A stretch of 63,222 nt of DNA, counting the filler, from Octopus bimaculoides (lineage: Eukaryota), in assembly GCF_001194135.2 (NCBI RefSeq). It is 4 parts of 2 records of this genome, joined end to end, with 100 filler letters (N's around TTAATTAATTAA, not from the genome) between each part and the next. Parts side by side here need not be neighbours in the genome. Positions count along the whole stretch, not along the records: positions 1 to 6,895 come from NC_068981.1; positions 6,996 to 19,980 come from NC_069006.1; 2 more parts are not named here. The stretch is one strand, 5' to 3'. Of this stretch, positions 1 to 10,676 are shown one piece after another (within the stretch, counting starts at the first letter, position 1; each line of letters starts with the position of its first letter). The notes beneath the pieces were generated by a model that had not been told where the DNA came from, ran no database searches, and worked only from the letters and a program-made list of their open reading frames with translations. A program made the translations under genes and the position numbers.

Positions 1-67
<67 letters not shown>
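1..67. repeat. (GT)n microsatellite
   Basis: Direct read. Confidence 0.99.
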
Positions 68-68
<1 letters not shown>

Positions 69-341
69 TAATCTAATCGTTTCTTTTGCATTTTCTGCCT
101 CTCTTTGTGTCTGTGTATGTAACAAATATCTATATTCTTTTATTCACATCTCTCTACAATGCCCTGGGTATTGCTTGCTATAACCGCCACTAGCGTTACT
201 ACTATTACCTCTACCACCACCAAAACTACCACTGACACCGCGCACATTGACGGCATTGTAGCCATCACCATTCCTTTAATACTACCACATTCTACCTTCA
301 CTTGTCCATACAGGACTACCAGCACCACTGCTTTCGCTTTA

Positions 342-594
342 CAGTAATCTCTCGCCATATCGCGGTTCACCTATCGCGGTTCACCTATCGCGGTTCACCT
401 ATCGCGGTTTATTATTTAAGCTTACGTCGATTCCGTTGAGGTGTTGTTTTGCATTAATGATAAAATAAATATATACAAATCATAAAAGTAATTGAAAAAA
501 ATATATACAGTACATTATTGTTTCTACTTCACAAATTTTCGCCTATCGCGTGGGGGTTTGGAATGTAACTCCCGCGATAGTCGAGGGATTACTA
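342..594. mobile_element. Tc1/mariner-pogo (Tigger-like) MITE
   Basis: Left end TA|CAGTAATCTCTCGCCATATCGCGG; right end reverse-complements to TAGTAATCCCTCGACTATCGCGG. TA on both flanks. Internal 14-bp tandem repeat (CTATCGCGGTTCAC, about 4 copies). Confidence 0.75.
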
Positions 595-617
595 TATTCC
601 TGTCTCTACCAAAAGAC

Positions 618-703
618 GGCGCGCTGGCAGAAACGATTAGTGACATTTCGTCGGTCTTCACGTTCTGAGTTCAAATTCCACCGAGGTCAACTTTGCCTTT
701 CCT
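618..703 (+). mobile_element. tRNA-derived SINE head with Meta/MESC-like core (family A), cut by a gap
   Basis: GGCGCGCTGGCAGAA (A box-like), GAGTTCAAATTCC (B box), CCGAGGTCAACTTTGCCTTTC core. Matches the copy at 52093. Confidence 0.75.
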
Positions 704-1324
704 NNNNNNNNNNNNNNNNNNNNNNNNNNNNNNNNNNNNNNNNNNNNNNNNNNNNNNNNNNNNNNNNNNNNNNNNNNNNNNNNNNNNNNNNNNNNNNNNN
801 NNNNNNNNNNNNNNNNNNNNNNNNNNNNNNNNNNNNNNNNNNNNNNNNNNNNNNNNNNNNNNNNNNNNNNNNNNNNNNNNNNNNNNNNNNNNNNNNNNNN
901 NNNNNNNNNNNNNNNNNNNNNNNNNNNNNNNNNNNNNNNNNNNNNNNNNNNNNNNNNNNNNNNNNNNNNNNNNNNNNNNNNNNNNNNNNNNNNNNNNNNN
1001 NNNNNNNNNNNNNNNNNNNNNNNNNNNNNNNNNNNNNNNNNNNNNNNNNNNNNNNNNNNNNNNNNNNNNNNNNNNNNNNNNNNNNNNNNNNNNNNNNNNN
1101 NNNNNNNNNNNNNNNNNNNNNNNNNNNNNNNNNNNNNNNNNNNNNNNNNNNNNNNNNNNNNNNNNNNNNNNNNNNNNNNNNNNNNNNNNNNNNNNNNNNN
1201 NNNNNNNNNNNNNNNNNNNNNNNNNNNNNNNNNNNNNNNNNNNNNNNNNNNNNNNNNNNNNNNNNNNNNNNNNNNNNNNNNNNNNNNNNNNNNNAAAAAT
1301 TGTCTTATTTCGATAATTTCTACT

Positions 1325-1627
1325 AATCACTGACGTCTATTCAGTTGAAAGCAGTTAGCGCTGTAACGGTGTATATCGTATTAATCCCCTAACCCTAACT
1401 AGACTGTTAACCGTAACCGTAACCCTAACCCTAACCCTAAAACTAACCCTAACTCTAGAATCCGAACTCTAAAATTGTTACACACATAGATACGCACAGC
1501 GTAATTTATTATATAAACAATATATGCGTATAAATTACGATTAAACCGGATGAAATATGTCACAGGGAATAACATTTTTATGACCGCCCAGCAGTAACTC
1601 AATTGAGCTGAATAGACGTCAGTGATT
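1325..1627. mobile_element. MITE with 20-bp perfect terminal inverted repeats and internal (TAACCC)n tract
   Basis: AATCACTGACGTCTATTCAG at 1325-1344 and its exact reverse complement at 1608-1627, extending imperfectly to about 39 bp. TAACCC/TAACCG repeats at about 1390-1455. Confidence 0.75.
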
Positions 1628-1749
1628 GGGTGAAATTACAGAACGGCTGCAACCCAGATGCGCTTCACTTCACCTCGACCGAAATCTCTTTCCCCTCTTA
1701 GCTTTTGTAGGCCCTCATTTTTGTTTCTCTCTACAAACAATATCACTTC

Positions 1750-2035
1750 AGTTAAAGGTACAAGGCCCGAAATTTTGATCGTGTCCAGGGGGTCTGGTTG
1801 ATTACAGTAACTTAATTTCTGAACCCCAGAAGAATGAAAGACGAAGTGGGCCTCGTCGAAATTTGAATTGAAAATGTAAAGACGAACGGGGCCTCGTCAT
1901 GGAGATTTATTTAGTTACAGTGTTCAACTGGTACTTAATTTATCAACCCAAGAAGGATGAAAGGCGAATATTGACCTCGGCGAAATTTGAACTCAGAATG
2001 GACGGAATGCCGCTAAGCATTGGGCTACCAGCTTT
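1750..2035 (-). mobile_element. Degraded family A SINE fragments
   Basis: Reverse-strand core (GGATGAAAGGCGAATATTGACCTCGGCGAAATTTGAACTCAGAA), partly duplicated. Confidence 0.65.
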
Positions 2036-2569
2036 CTTTCTGCCAATAATATCGATGCAGTGGTGTTCGTCCCCCGTTAGGGTGCGCATGTTTCCAAAAA
2101 TACAGCATCCCATATGGCCTTGATTTCATCACAAATTTACTCTGACTTGAACGAACAGTAATACAAAGTCACCATCACTGCCACCACCCCCCACTACTAC
2201 ATCTACCAGTACTACACCACTGCCTCTATCTTCTATCAGCCAGTCCCACCATGGACATCATGACTATTATATGCACCATATGAATCCTTTTTCCTGTCAG
2301 TCTTCTTCGTCTTTGTTGTCTCCTACTTCTTCATCATCATAATGGTCATCATTTTCTAGTCTCTTTCATCTTTCTTTTTTTCTTTTTCTTATTCTTTTCT
2401 TCTATTACTTCACATTATTTTCTTTCTTTTTTATTTCTACTTTCATCTATTTCACTTACTTGCCTTTTTCTTTTTTCTTTTTTTTATCATCCTCAACTTC
2501 CTCTCCTCCTCCCCATCATCATCATCCTCATCATCATCATCTTTTACAATTACTACTGCGGCTGCTCGT

Positions 2570-2585
2570 GCTACTACTGCTACTG

Positions 2586-2643
<58 letters not shown>

Positions 2644-2660
2644 CTCTAGTACCACTACTT
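2570..2660. repeat. (CTA)n microsatellite
   Basis: Direct read; explains the poly-L/poly-V ORFs. Confidence 0.97.
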
Positions 2661-3350
2661 TTATTTTTTAACCCCTCCTCTAAAATTCTCTTCCCCCTCT
2701 CAAACGATTATCTTTACTTTCCTCTGCTGCCATTTTAGTCCACGTCTTCACCCATCCTTTCTCATCCCACCTCTTCTCCTACCCCTTCCTTCAAGTCTCC
2801 CTCTCAACCATCGTCCGTACATACGTTAAATGTAGTGAGACAACCGTACCGACAGACAGGCGTACATAACGTCAGTCCCGCTACTTTTCTTCAGTTATCT
2901 TATTCATCACTTTCCCTTCGTTTCATCACAGATGATTCTCCTGTCACCGAGTCAAATTCCATTCTTTTGTCTTTTATTTTTTTTTATTTATTTATTTATT
3001 TTGTTCCTGTTTTATCATTCCTAACGTCCTTCTGTCGAACCGACCAGCGATCTATCAATACATCTATCTGTCAGTCATATCAACCATCTAAACATCCCCT
3101 TAACGAACTAACCAACCATCTATCTACTCTTCTAGCAATCCGTCCATCCAAACATCAAGTTAGATAACCAGTTGGTCACGTAACCAGCCAGCAAAACTAC
3201 CAACCAACCGTCCATCTCTCCAACCAATCTAGCCAACCTTCTTGCATTCCATCGAACCAGCCATCCAGCCATCAAACTATCCACTCAACCATCCAAGCAT
3301 CCATGCAATCATATAACCATCCATCTATATATGCATGCATATGTCCAAAC

Positions 3351-3697
3351 AGGCGTGGCTGAATGGTAAGATGTTTGTTTCACAGTCATATGGTTCCGGG
3401 TTCAGTCCCACTTGGGTAAGTGTCTTCTACTATAACCTCGGACGGATCAAAGCCTTGTGAGTGGATTTAGTAAACGGAAACTATAAGAAGCCCATGGTGT
3501 ATGTGTGTGTGTCTTTGTGGGTGTTTGTGTGTGTTTGTCCCCCAATACCACTTGACAACCGGTGTTGGTGTGTTTACTTATCTGTAACACGGTGTTTCGG
3601 CTTAAGACACCGATAAAATAAGTCCTGAGGTCGATTCATTTGCCTAAAAATTCTTTAAACAGTGCCCCAGCATGGTCACAGTCGAATAGCTGAACTC
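3351..3697 (+). mobile_element. CORE-type SINE (family B)
   Basis: AGGCGTGGCTGAATGGTAAG head, GGGTTCAGTCCC B box, CTTGGGTAAGTG CORE-like motif, GT-rich middle and shared tail. Confidence 0.75.
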
Positions 3698-3702
3698 TTT
3701 TA

Positions 3703-3950
3703 ATCTTTTACTTGTTTCAGTCATTTGACTGCGGCCATGCTGGAGCACCGCCTTTAGTCGAGCAAATCGACCCCAGGACTTATTTTTTGTAAGCCTAGTA
3801 CCTATTTAATCGATCGCTATTGCTGAACCGCTAGGTGACGGGGACGTAAACACACCAGCATCGGTTGTCAAGCGAAGTGGGGGGGACAAACACAGACACA
3901 CAAACATACACACACACACACATACATATATATATATATGACGGGCTTCT
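3703..3950 (-). mobile_element. Family B SINE, 3' half, inverted relative to the adjacent copy
   Basis: TCTTTTACTTGTTTCAGTCATTTGACTGCGGCCATGCTGGAGCACC tail, near-identical to 11248 onward. Cut by the gap at 3951. Confidence 0.8.
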
Positions 3951-4515
3951 NNNNNNNNNNNNNNNNNNNNNNNNNNNNNNNNNNNNNNNNNNNNNNNNNN
4001 NNNNNNNNNNNNNNNNNNNNNNNNNNNNNNNNNNNNNNNNNNNNNNNNNNNNNNNNNNNNNNNNNNNNNNNNNNNNNNNNNNNNNNNNNNNNNNNNNNNN
4101 NNNNNNNNNNNNNNNNNNNNNNNNNNNNNNNNNNNNNNNNNNNNNNNNNNNNNNNNNNNNNNNNNNNNNNNNNACCCATCTCTCTCTTTTCAGCACCCAT
4201 CGATCTACGTATTCTTTCAACCATCCATCAGTCAATCCGGCCACCATTCTTCAGTCCAACCATCCAGCCATTTATGACTCTGTCCACTTGACCAGCCTAT
4301 AAACCATTCAAAGATAAACGCACCCGCCTACCCATCCAACCAATCAACCACTCATTCATTCATCTACCTATCCCTTCAACCAGCTTTTCATCCAGACCAA
4401 TTCTTATTCATTCATTTTCATTCATTTGCTTATTTATTCATTCACTCTTGCTTTCGTTCATTTTAACTTCTCGTTCTTATTTTTTGTTCTTTCATTTCCT
4501 CTCCTCTTTTCCTGC

Positions 4516-5135
4516 AGGTACTTGATAACACCATGATGCCAAATTTTGTCCATTTTCAAGAGAAGTTGTTATCAGTTAATTTTGAAGTCTTCTTTGGAAA
4601 GAAACAATGCAGTTATTAATAAAGAGCTTTGAAATAACTGAATGCACATCATTTCACAGCTCTAGCATCACTCCTTCATAGTCAGCCCAAGAACCTTTCA
4701 GCTCGCACTTGTTGCGCACAGAGAGCGAGTAACTTAGACTGCGCGCGCGCGTTTGGGAGTTAGAGAGAGAGAGAAAGAGAGACAGAGCGGCAGAGGCAGA
4801 GGACATAGTACATGAATAGAGAGAGATACTAAGTACAGACGAGGAGAAATGACACATACGAACGACCATGTTTGCATGAATGTCCTTGAGGTCTAAACCA
4901 TATTTACTGTAGGTACTTGATAACATCACGATGCCAAATGCCCATTTTCACGAGAAGTCGCAAGATACTTCTGCAGTCTTCTTTGAACAGTCAGACATCA
5001 ATTTACCTGGAAACTAGAAAAGCACTCGGAGAGCGCAGAACTCCACCAAGCAGCTTATTTCCACCCATATACACGCATGCTGAAAATTGCCCAATTTCAC
5101 AAACCAACGCCGGCAAAAACATAACCTCCTTGGTA
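4516..5135 (+). mobile_element. Probable non-autonomous Helitron/Helentron-associated (HINE-like) element with internal duplication
   Basis: Ends in AAAAACATAACCTCCTTGG, also present at 5665-5680. 4516-4600 is repeated at 4911-4990. Confidence 0.4.
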
Positions 5136-5317
5136 GGGTTAAAAAAAAATAACACAGCCATATGATTTTTAAAAAAAAACCTTTAAAAACAGGAATCATC
5201 TGAAGCAGTTATAATACATCAATGACAACAGCAAGCTAGTTTCACAGCAACGGTGGAGGGAGCAAAGCCTGAGATTTTTTAGTCGATCCCAATAGTCAAG
5301 GCTTGTCATGTCATGCT

Positions 5318-5695
5318 CTGCAGACCTCCGCCAAGCAGTTCATTTTCAGATAGATACGCGTGTAAAATTATTAATAGAAAAACGAAAATTAACTTTGAAA
5401 ACAGCAACGCCACCATAGGTTGTGGAAACGATGAACGTGTTTTCAAGGGAGATAATCAAAGAATGTAACTTCATGTAAAGTAAATATAACAAATGACAAA
5501 TCCTTCAAGAATCCATAAAAATTCACGGATCACTACCGAAATTTCCTCATCTGTTTCATGTGTCATTACCAACTTTTCCTGTAAGTTTCATCAAACACCG
5601 TTTGCAACTTTTTGAGTTATTTTGCACACAGACGGACAGACGGTCAAACCAACGCCGATAAAAACATAACCTCCTTCTTTGCAGTTATTATTAAA
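5318..5695 (+). mobile_element. HINE/Helentron-like non-autonomous element
   Basis: 5' GCAGACCTCCGCCAAG, internal GACG/GACA microsatellite, 3' AAAAACATAACCTCCTT. Superfamily assignment is from memory of such ends. Confidence 0.45.
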
Positions 5696-5776
5696 AAATT
5701 TTGAAATNNNNNNNNNNNNNNNNNNNNNNNNNNNNNNNNNNNNNNNNNNNNNNNNNNNNNNNNNNNNNNNNNNNNG

Positions 5777-5947
5777 GCGAAATGCTTAGCGGTATTTCGT
5801 CTATCTTTACGTTCTGGCTTCAAATTACGCCGAGGTCGACTTTGCCTTTCATCCTTTCGGGGTCGATAGATTAATACTGGGGTCGATTTAATCCACTGGC
5901 CTCCTCCCCAGAAATTTTGGGCCTTGTGTCTAGAGTAGAAAAGAATT
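5777..5947 (+). mobile_element. Family A SINE
   Basis: GGCGAAATGCTTAGCGGTATTTCG...CCGAGGTCGACTTTGCCTTTCATCCTTTCGGGGTCGATA. Confidence 0.85.
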
Positions 5948-5978
<31 letters not shown>

Positions 5979-5980
5979 AA

Positions 5981-6135
5981 ATGACCAAATCGAAAATCAA
6001 AACAATGTTCATGAGCTTTTTTTTTGACAGCAGTGGGGTCGTCGATAAAGAATTCGTGCCTCAAAGACAGACGGTCAGTCAGCTTCTTTTTTTATTATTG
6101 TGAAGCTCGTGAAAGGTTGCGAGAAAGAGTTGCTT
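5981..6135 (+). pseudogene. Mariner transposase fragment
   Basis: Translates KSKIKTMFMSFFFDSSGVVDKEFVPQRQTVSQ, then (frameshift) ERLRERV. This is the typical mariner 'KTML.VFFD..G.V..EF.P.GQTVN' segment. Confidence 0.75.
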
Positions 6136-6254
6136 GCGTGCACCACTAACAAGGAAAACAGATGATGGAAAATGAGGAGCTCTGTTGGCCTATGTTTGAA
6201 AGTGGTGAGTTTTTAGCGGGCCTATAGAGATTGTCAGGGTTTATTACTGGGGGA

Positions 6255-6256
<2 letters not shown>

Positions 6257-6320
<64 letters not shown>

Positions 6321-6436
6321 GGTAGAATAAATCATTATTTCAACGAGGAAACTCTGAGTAGCTGTATTTACAAGATGTGTTTTCTTCATTTTAAGATTAT
6401 ATATACACATATATATGTGTATAAATGTATTTATGT

Positions 6437-6520
<84 letters not shown>
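6257..6520. repeat. (AGAT)n and (AC)n(AT)n microsatellites
   Basis: Direct read. Confidence 0.95.
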
Positions 6521-6895
6521 CAATATGTACAAGTACACATGAACACAGACAAGCACACAAATAAACTCGTGCACAAATGCACACATACACAGGGACGCAT
6601 ACACGCACACACACGCAAACGCACAAATAAACAAACAAACAAACGAACGAACAAAAAAAACACACAGAGTTTAAATCGTGCCGGAGGCACCCTTGCCTTT
6701 CATCTTTTTGCGATCGATAAAAAGAAAGAAATATCAACCTGGAAATTCGGACAGCGGATTGGTAGAACTGTTGGAGAGTCAAGCAAGATGCCAGATCTAA
6801 CAAATCACACCCTATTGTCTGATACAATGCTCTTTATAAATTGTGGATTTTAGATCATGACTAACTTGGATCCGAATTAACAATTGTATAATCAG

Positions 6896-6995
6896 NNNNN
6901 NNNNNNNNNNNNNNNNNNNNNNNNNNNNNNNNNNNNNNNTTAATTAATTAANNNNNNNNNNNNNNNNNNNNNNNNNNNNNNNNNNNNNNNNNNNN
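6896..6995. other. Artificial 100-bp scaffold spacer
   Basis: 44 N + TTAATTAATTAA (6940-6951; stops in all six frames) + 44 N. Confidence 0.95.
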
Positions 6996-7146
6996 CTTGT
7001 GTTTTGTTTTTCGGTTGGCATGATCACTTTATTTTTATTAATATTATTATTATCATCATCATCATCATCCCCTGAATACCATTTCTATCCAAAGAAATAG
7101 CACAAGTTGTAATTGTTCCCCTTAGCTGGCCAGCAGTGTGTATATA

Positions 7147-7194
<48 letters not shown>

Positions 7195-7267
7195 TCTCTC
7201 CATGACTAAACTCCCACCGCAAATCGAGGCCGTCGAGCAACTGCTACTTCCATAATAATAATAATAA
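6996..7267 (-). other. Proximal 3' UTR of the atrophin/RERE-like gene, truncated by an assembly spacer
   Basis: Follows the TGA at 7270-7268. Contains (TAT)n, (CA)n and (GAT)n tracts and runs into the gap at 6995. Confidence 0.5.
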
Positions 7268-7360
7268 TCAGTGAGGCAAGTGTCCTGCTGCTCCATAACG
7301 CTCCCGTTCCATTGCAAAGTGGCGTTGCATAGCTTCATGATGAGCTGCTTGTGTTGAGAT
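7268..7360 (-). CDS. RERE: Terminal coding exon (30 aa + TGA) of the same probable atrophin/RERE-family gene
   Basis: Acceptor gtctgtttcag|ATCTCAAC. Phase 0 matches the 12903 donor. Translates ISTQAAHHEAMQRHFAMERERYGAAGHLPH*. The joined AHQISTQAAHHEAMQRHFAME...GHLP parallels vertebrate RERE [21 protein letters not shown]...GHLP (from memory). This frame is not in the ORF track. Confidence 0.65.
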   Translation of the reverse strand: MSTQAAHHEAMQRHFAMERERYGAAGHLPH

Positions 7361-9504
7361 CTGAAACAGACAGACAGCAACGTTAGACCCAACAGCAAAT
7401 ACTCCTTTTTAATATCACCCCTACACAATACCTACAATTATGAATTAATTTATTCAAATATAACACATTTTTTTATCATTTAGTAAGTGTGAACATTATC
7501 AACATGTTTTTTATACAGCAATTACAATAAATCTAGCTAAACTTTATTTTTCTTCTATACAATATCACAATAAATGAAATTCAGTGTATCTGATAGATGA
7601 GTGAGATTGTGGGTTTGCATTATACACAACCAGCTACAAAATGCCTAACTGACATTACTGCCACAAGTAATGTTGTGGTTGGTAGTATAGGAAATACAAT
7701 ATGTTTTGCAGGATTTATTAGCCCTTTCAATAGAAACCCTACATTAAAGGGTTCATATAAAAATCATCAAAATCTCATCTTCACTATTTTTGTTTGAGTT
7801 TTTGTGCTGGAAAGGAAGCAAGAATAATCCAAGCAGGAATCCTGGTTGGACAAGGAAGTCTCTTAGCAGACCTCACTCCCTTCCGTTTGAACAAATAACC
7901 ACTGGATATTGGCATAAATGGTTAGAAATTGGCATGAAGTGAACCCCAAACCTCCAACAAAATGTCATACAAAATCTTCAGAACACAACAATAAACCACA
8001 AAACGACGACAAATGCACAAAAATAACAGTGATGGTAACAACAACAATAAAACAAAACAAGTCTTCTTGTTTTCCTTCCCAACATTACGGATCTTCAAAA
8101 TACATTTAAAATATAAGGATTTACACACAAAAAAAATCTAAAACTTCTGCTGTACAATACTAACAGCATTAAGATCACTTTTATGGAACTAAAAGATGTT
8201 TGTTTTATTCATGGCATTCATCTAACAAAATATTCTTCCTAGCAGACCACAGAACAACCACATTCCAAATTATTGTGCTCAAGTCGGAGTATACAGACAC
8301 TTTTACAAAGGTGGTGGTTTTATAACAAATAAAACATGCATTCGATGCACACATACACATATATATTTACATATATATATCACAAACGACACTACACAAA
8401 GATAAACATGCTTTCAAAATGAAAACTAGCAACACGAGACACACAGACACACACACACAATCACCAACCTAAGCCAACAACTCCACAGGTTACAACCCAC
8501 TCCCCAGCTACAGCAACTAAACAGTTTAACTAGTAAATCACACAGCAGAAATAGTCCAACTTAATTAATCACATAATTACACCAATACTATGTGGAACCA
8601 AAATAAGACTTAGCATCAAACAACAAAGAAATAACAAATAAAATAAAAATGGCAAATATTTGCATGGAACATCGATGACAAAAACAGTAGAAACACTATG
8701 TGGAATAATTATCAGCACGGTTAATTAATGACTGACACCAGAGCCTGGGGCTGACACAACAACGACCCTGTATCACACTGCAACACCAAGCAAACATCCT
8801 TGCCACGAAGGGGTTTCCCACAACTCAGCCACCAAACAAAAAGAAACAAAAAAACAATAGGAAAAAAAAAAACCACACAAAGAAGACAGAAACACAAAAC
8901 AAAAAATATGCACCTTTCACTTAATACTGGGAGTTTTTATCTCTTCCTTCCACCAGACACCTACAAAACAATAGGGAAATCTAGAGACTCAAACATGTCA
9001 GACCGAGACAATATCGCAAACGTTCACCTAAAACACGCAACCACGAAACGAAGCACTGCATTCACCAAAAATGGTCAAATTACCAGAGTCTGGAAAGCTG
9101 GACAAAATCAGAATAAAACAATAGGTTTGTCAGGCGCCACTGCCATTTATCCCAACAAGTGCTAGGGACTATTTGGCAAACCCCTTGTGTTACAGGATTT
9201 AATTAACCCTTTCAATAGAAAACCCCTGCATTAGAAGGGTTCATGCTAAAATCTACAAAATATCTCATTATCACTAATTTTGTTTCAGTGCCACAAAAGG
9301 AAGTAAGAATGGTCCAAGCAGGAATGCTGGATAGACACGGAAGTCTCATTAGCAGACATCTCTCCCATCAGTTTGAGTGAATACCAATGGAAAATGGCAC
9401 AAAGGGTTAGAAATCTGCATGAAAGGAAGGAAAAAAAACAAACAAACCAAAAAACCAACACCCAACAAAAAAAAACAAAAACAAATGAAGTAACTACATA
9501 GAGA

Positions 9505-9690
9505 CCCATCCCCCTGCTATAGGAATGTTATGGTCCTGATACCTTGCTATAGGCAAAATTCTAAGAAAGTTATGACTCCCACTACCCTACTATAGGTGAA
9601 AATTAGGAAAGTTACAAATGCATCACCAGGCTATAGGAAAATTAAAGCCCCATCATCTTGCTACAGGGACACCCTCAAAATGCATAGAAA
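9505..9690. repeat. Degenerate minisatellite with a CTATAGG-AAAATT core
   Basis: CTAYAGG-containing cores at 9514, 9544, 9587, 9628 and 9658. Confidence 0.6.
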
Positions 9691-10264
9691 AGTCAATCCT
9701 TAACATTACTGACAATCACCATTTCTCTAAATCAAGACCCCAATTTCAGACTGTTACACTTTAATCATAAACCTAAAACAGAAAATACTTGGTTATTAAC
9801 CACATGTCCCCCCCCCCNNNNNNNNNNNNNNNNNNNNNNNNNNNNNNNNNNNNNNNNNNNNNNNNNNNNNNNNNNNNNNNNNNNNNNNNNNNNNNNNNNN
9901 NNNNNNNNNNNNNNNNNNNNNNNNNNNNNNNNNNNNNNNNNNNNNNNNNNNNNNNNNNNNNNNNNNNNNNNNNNNNNNNNNNNNNNNNNNNNNNNNNNNN
10001 NNNNNNNNNNNNNNNNNNNNNNNNNNNNNNNNNNNNNNNNNNNNNNNNNNNNNNNNNNNNNNNNNNNNNNNNNNNNNNNNNNNNNNNNNNNNNNNNNNNN
10101 NNNNNNNNNNNNNNNNNNNNNNNNNNNNNNNNNCCCAAATCATACAGTTCCATACAGAAGATATTACACAAATCTTCCCACCATTCTCTAGACACTTGCA
10201 GCACAACTAGTCCCCACTGAACCCCACTAAAAATCACCCAACAATGTGGCTGAACAACAACGGA

Positions 10265-10676
10265 TTTAAACTGGTCATATCCGGCTAAAATACTCTCCCT
10301 GTTTTACGTTCAAAGTTGACCAGATCTGGCCTCTCGCGCCTACCCCACAATGCCATTCTAAAACTAAATTACGTCACTGAAATCTCAAAGCTACAAGATG
10401 ATGCATGATTAATTTGAAACTGTGCAAATAAATAAGCATTTAACATTTAACAGAGCAAGCTGAATGCTGCAGGTTAATCCTTTAGCATTTAAACCGGCCC
10501 AAATATTCGAAAGAAGCCAGATCCAACCTCTCACACTTATCCTGCAATGTTATCCTAAAAATAAACAATCACATCTTCGAAATTTCAAAGCTATGAGATG
10601 AGACGGGATGAATTTTAAAAATTGTGAATAAATAAGAACTGCATTTGATGGAGTAATCTGATTGCTAAATGGTTAA
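10265..10676. mobile_element. Tandem dimer of a TTAA-flanked (piggyBac-type) MITE
   Basis: Two homologous units of about 200 bp joined at a shared TTAA (10474-10477). Unit ends TTAATCCTTTAGCATT...ATTGCTAAATGGTTAA (10673-10676). Confidence 0.65.

Noticed and set aside
358-409. CRISPR-like array
   Set aside because: Contiguous 14-bp tandem repeat without spacers, in eukaryotic DNA.
4516-5020. Two paralogous exon-like segments (VLDN..MPN..HF.EK) each after an AG
   Set aside because: No donors, both frames stop early, and they sit within a probable non-autonomous transposon.
6940-6951. TTAATTAATTAA palindrome recurring three times inside gaps (also 20025 and 51506)
   Set aside because: Exactly 44N+12+44N each time with stops in six frames; an assembly spacer, not biology.
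7253-7270. Out-of-frame 'DYY' right after the stop, reminiscent of vertebrate QEDYYS
   Set aside because: Produced by a (TAT)n microsatellite, ubiquitous here, and the spacing does not match.
7024-7428. 134-aa minus-strand ORF overlapping the terminal exon
   Set aside because: Wrong frame; the spliced phase-0 frame gives the meaningful peptide.
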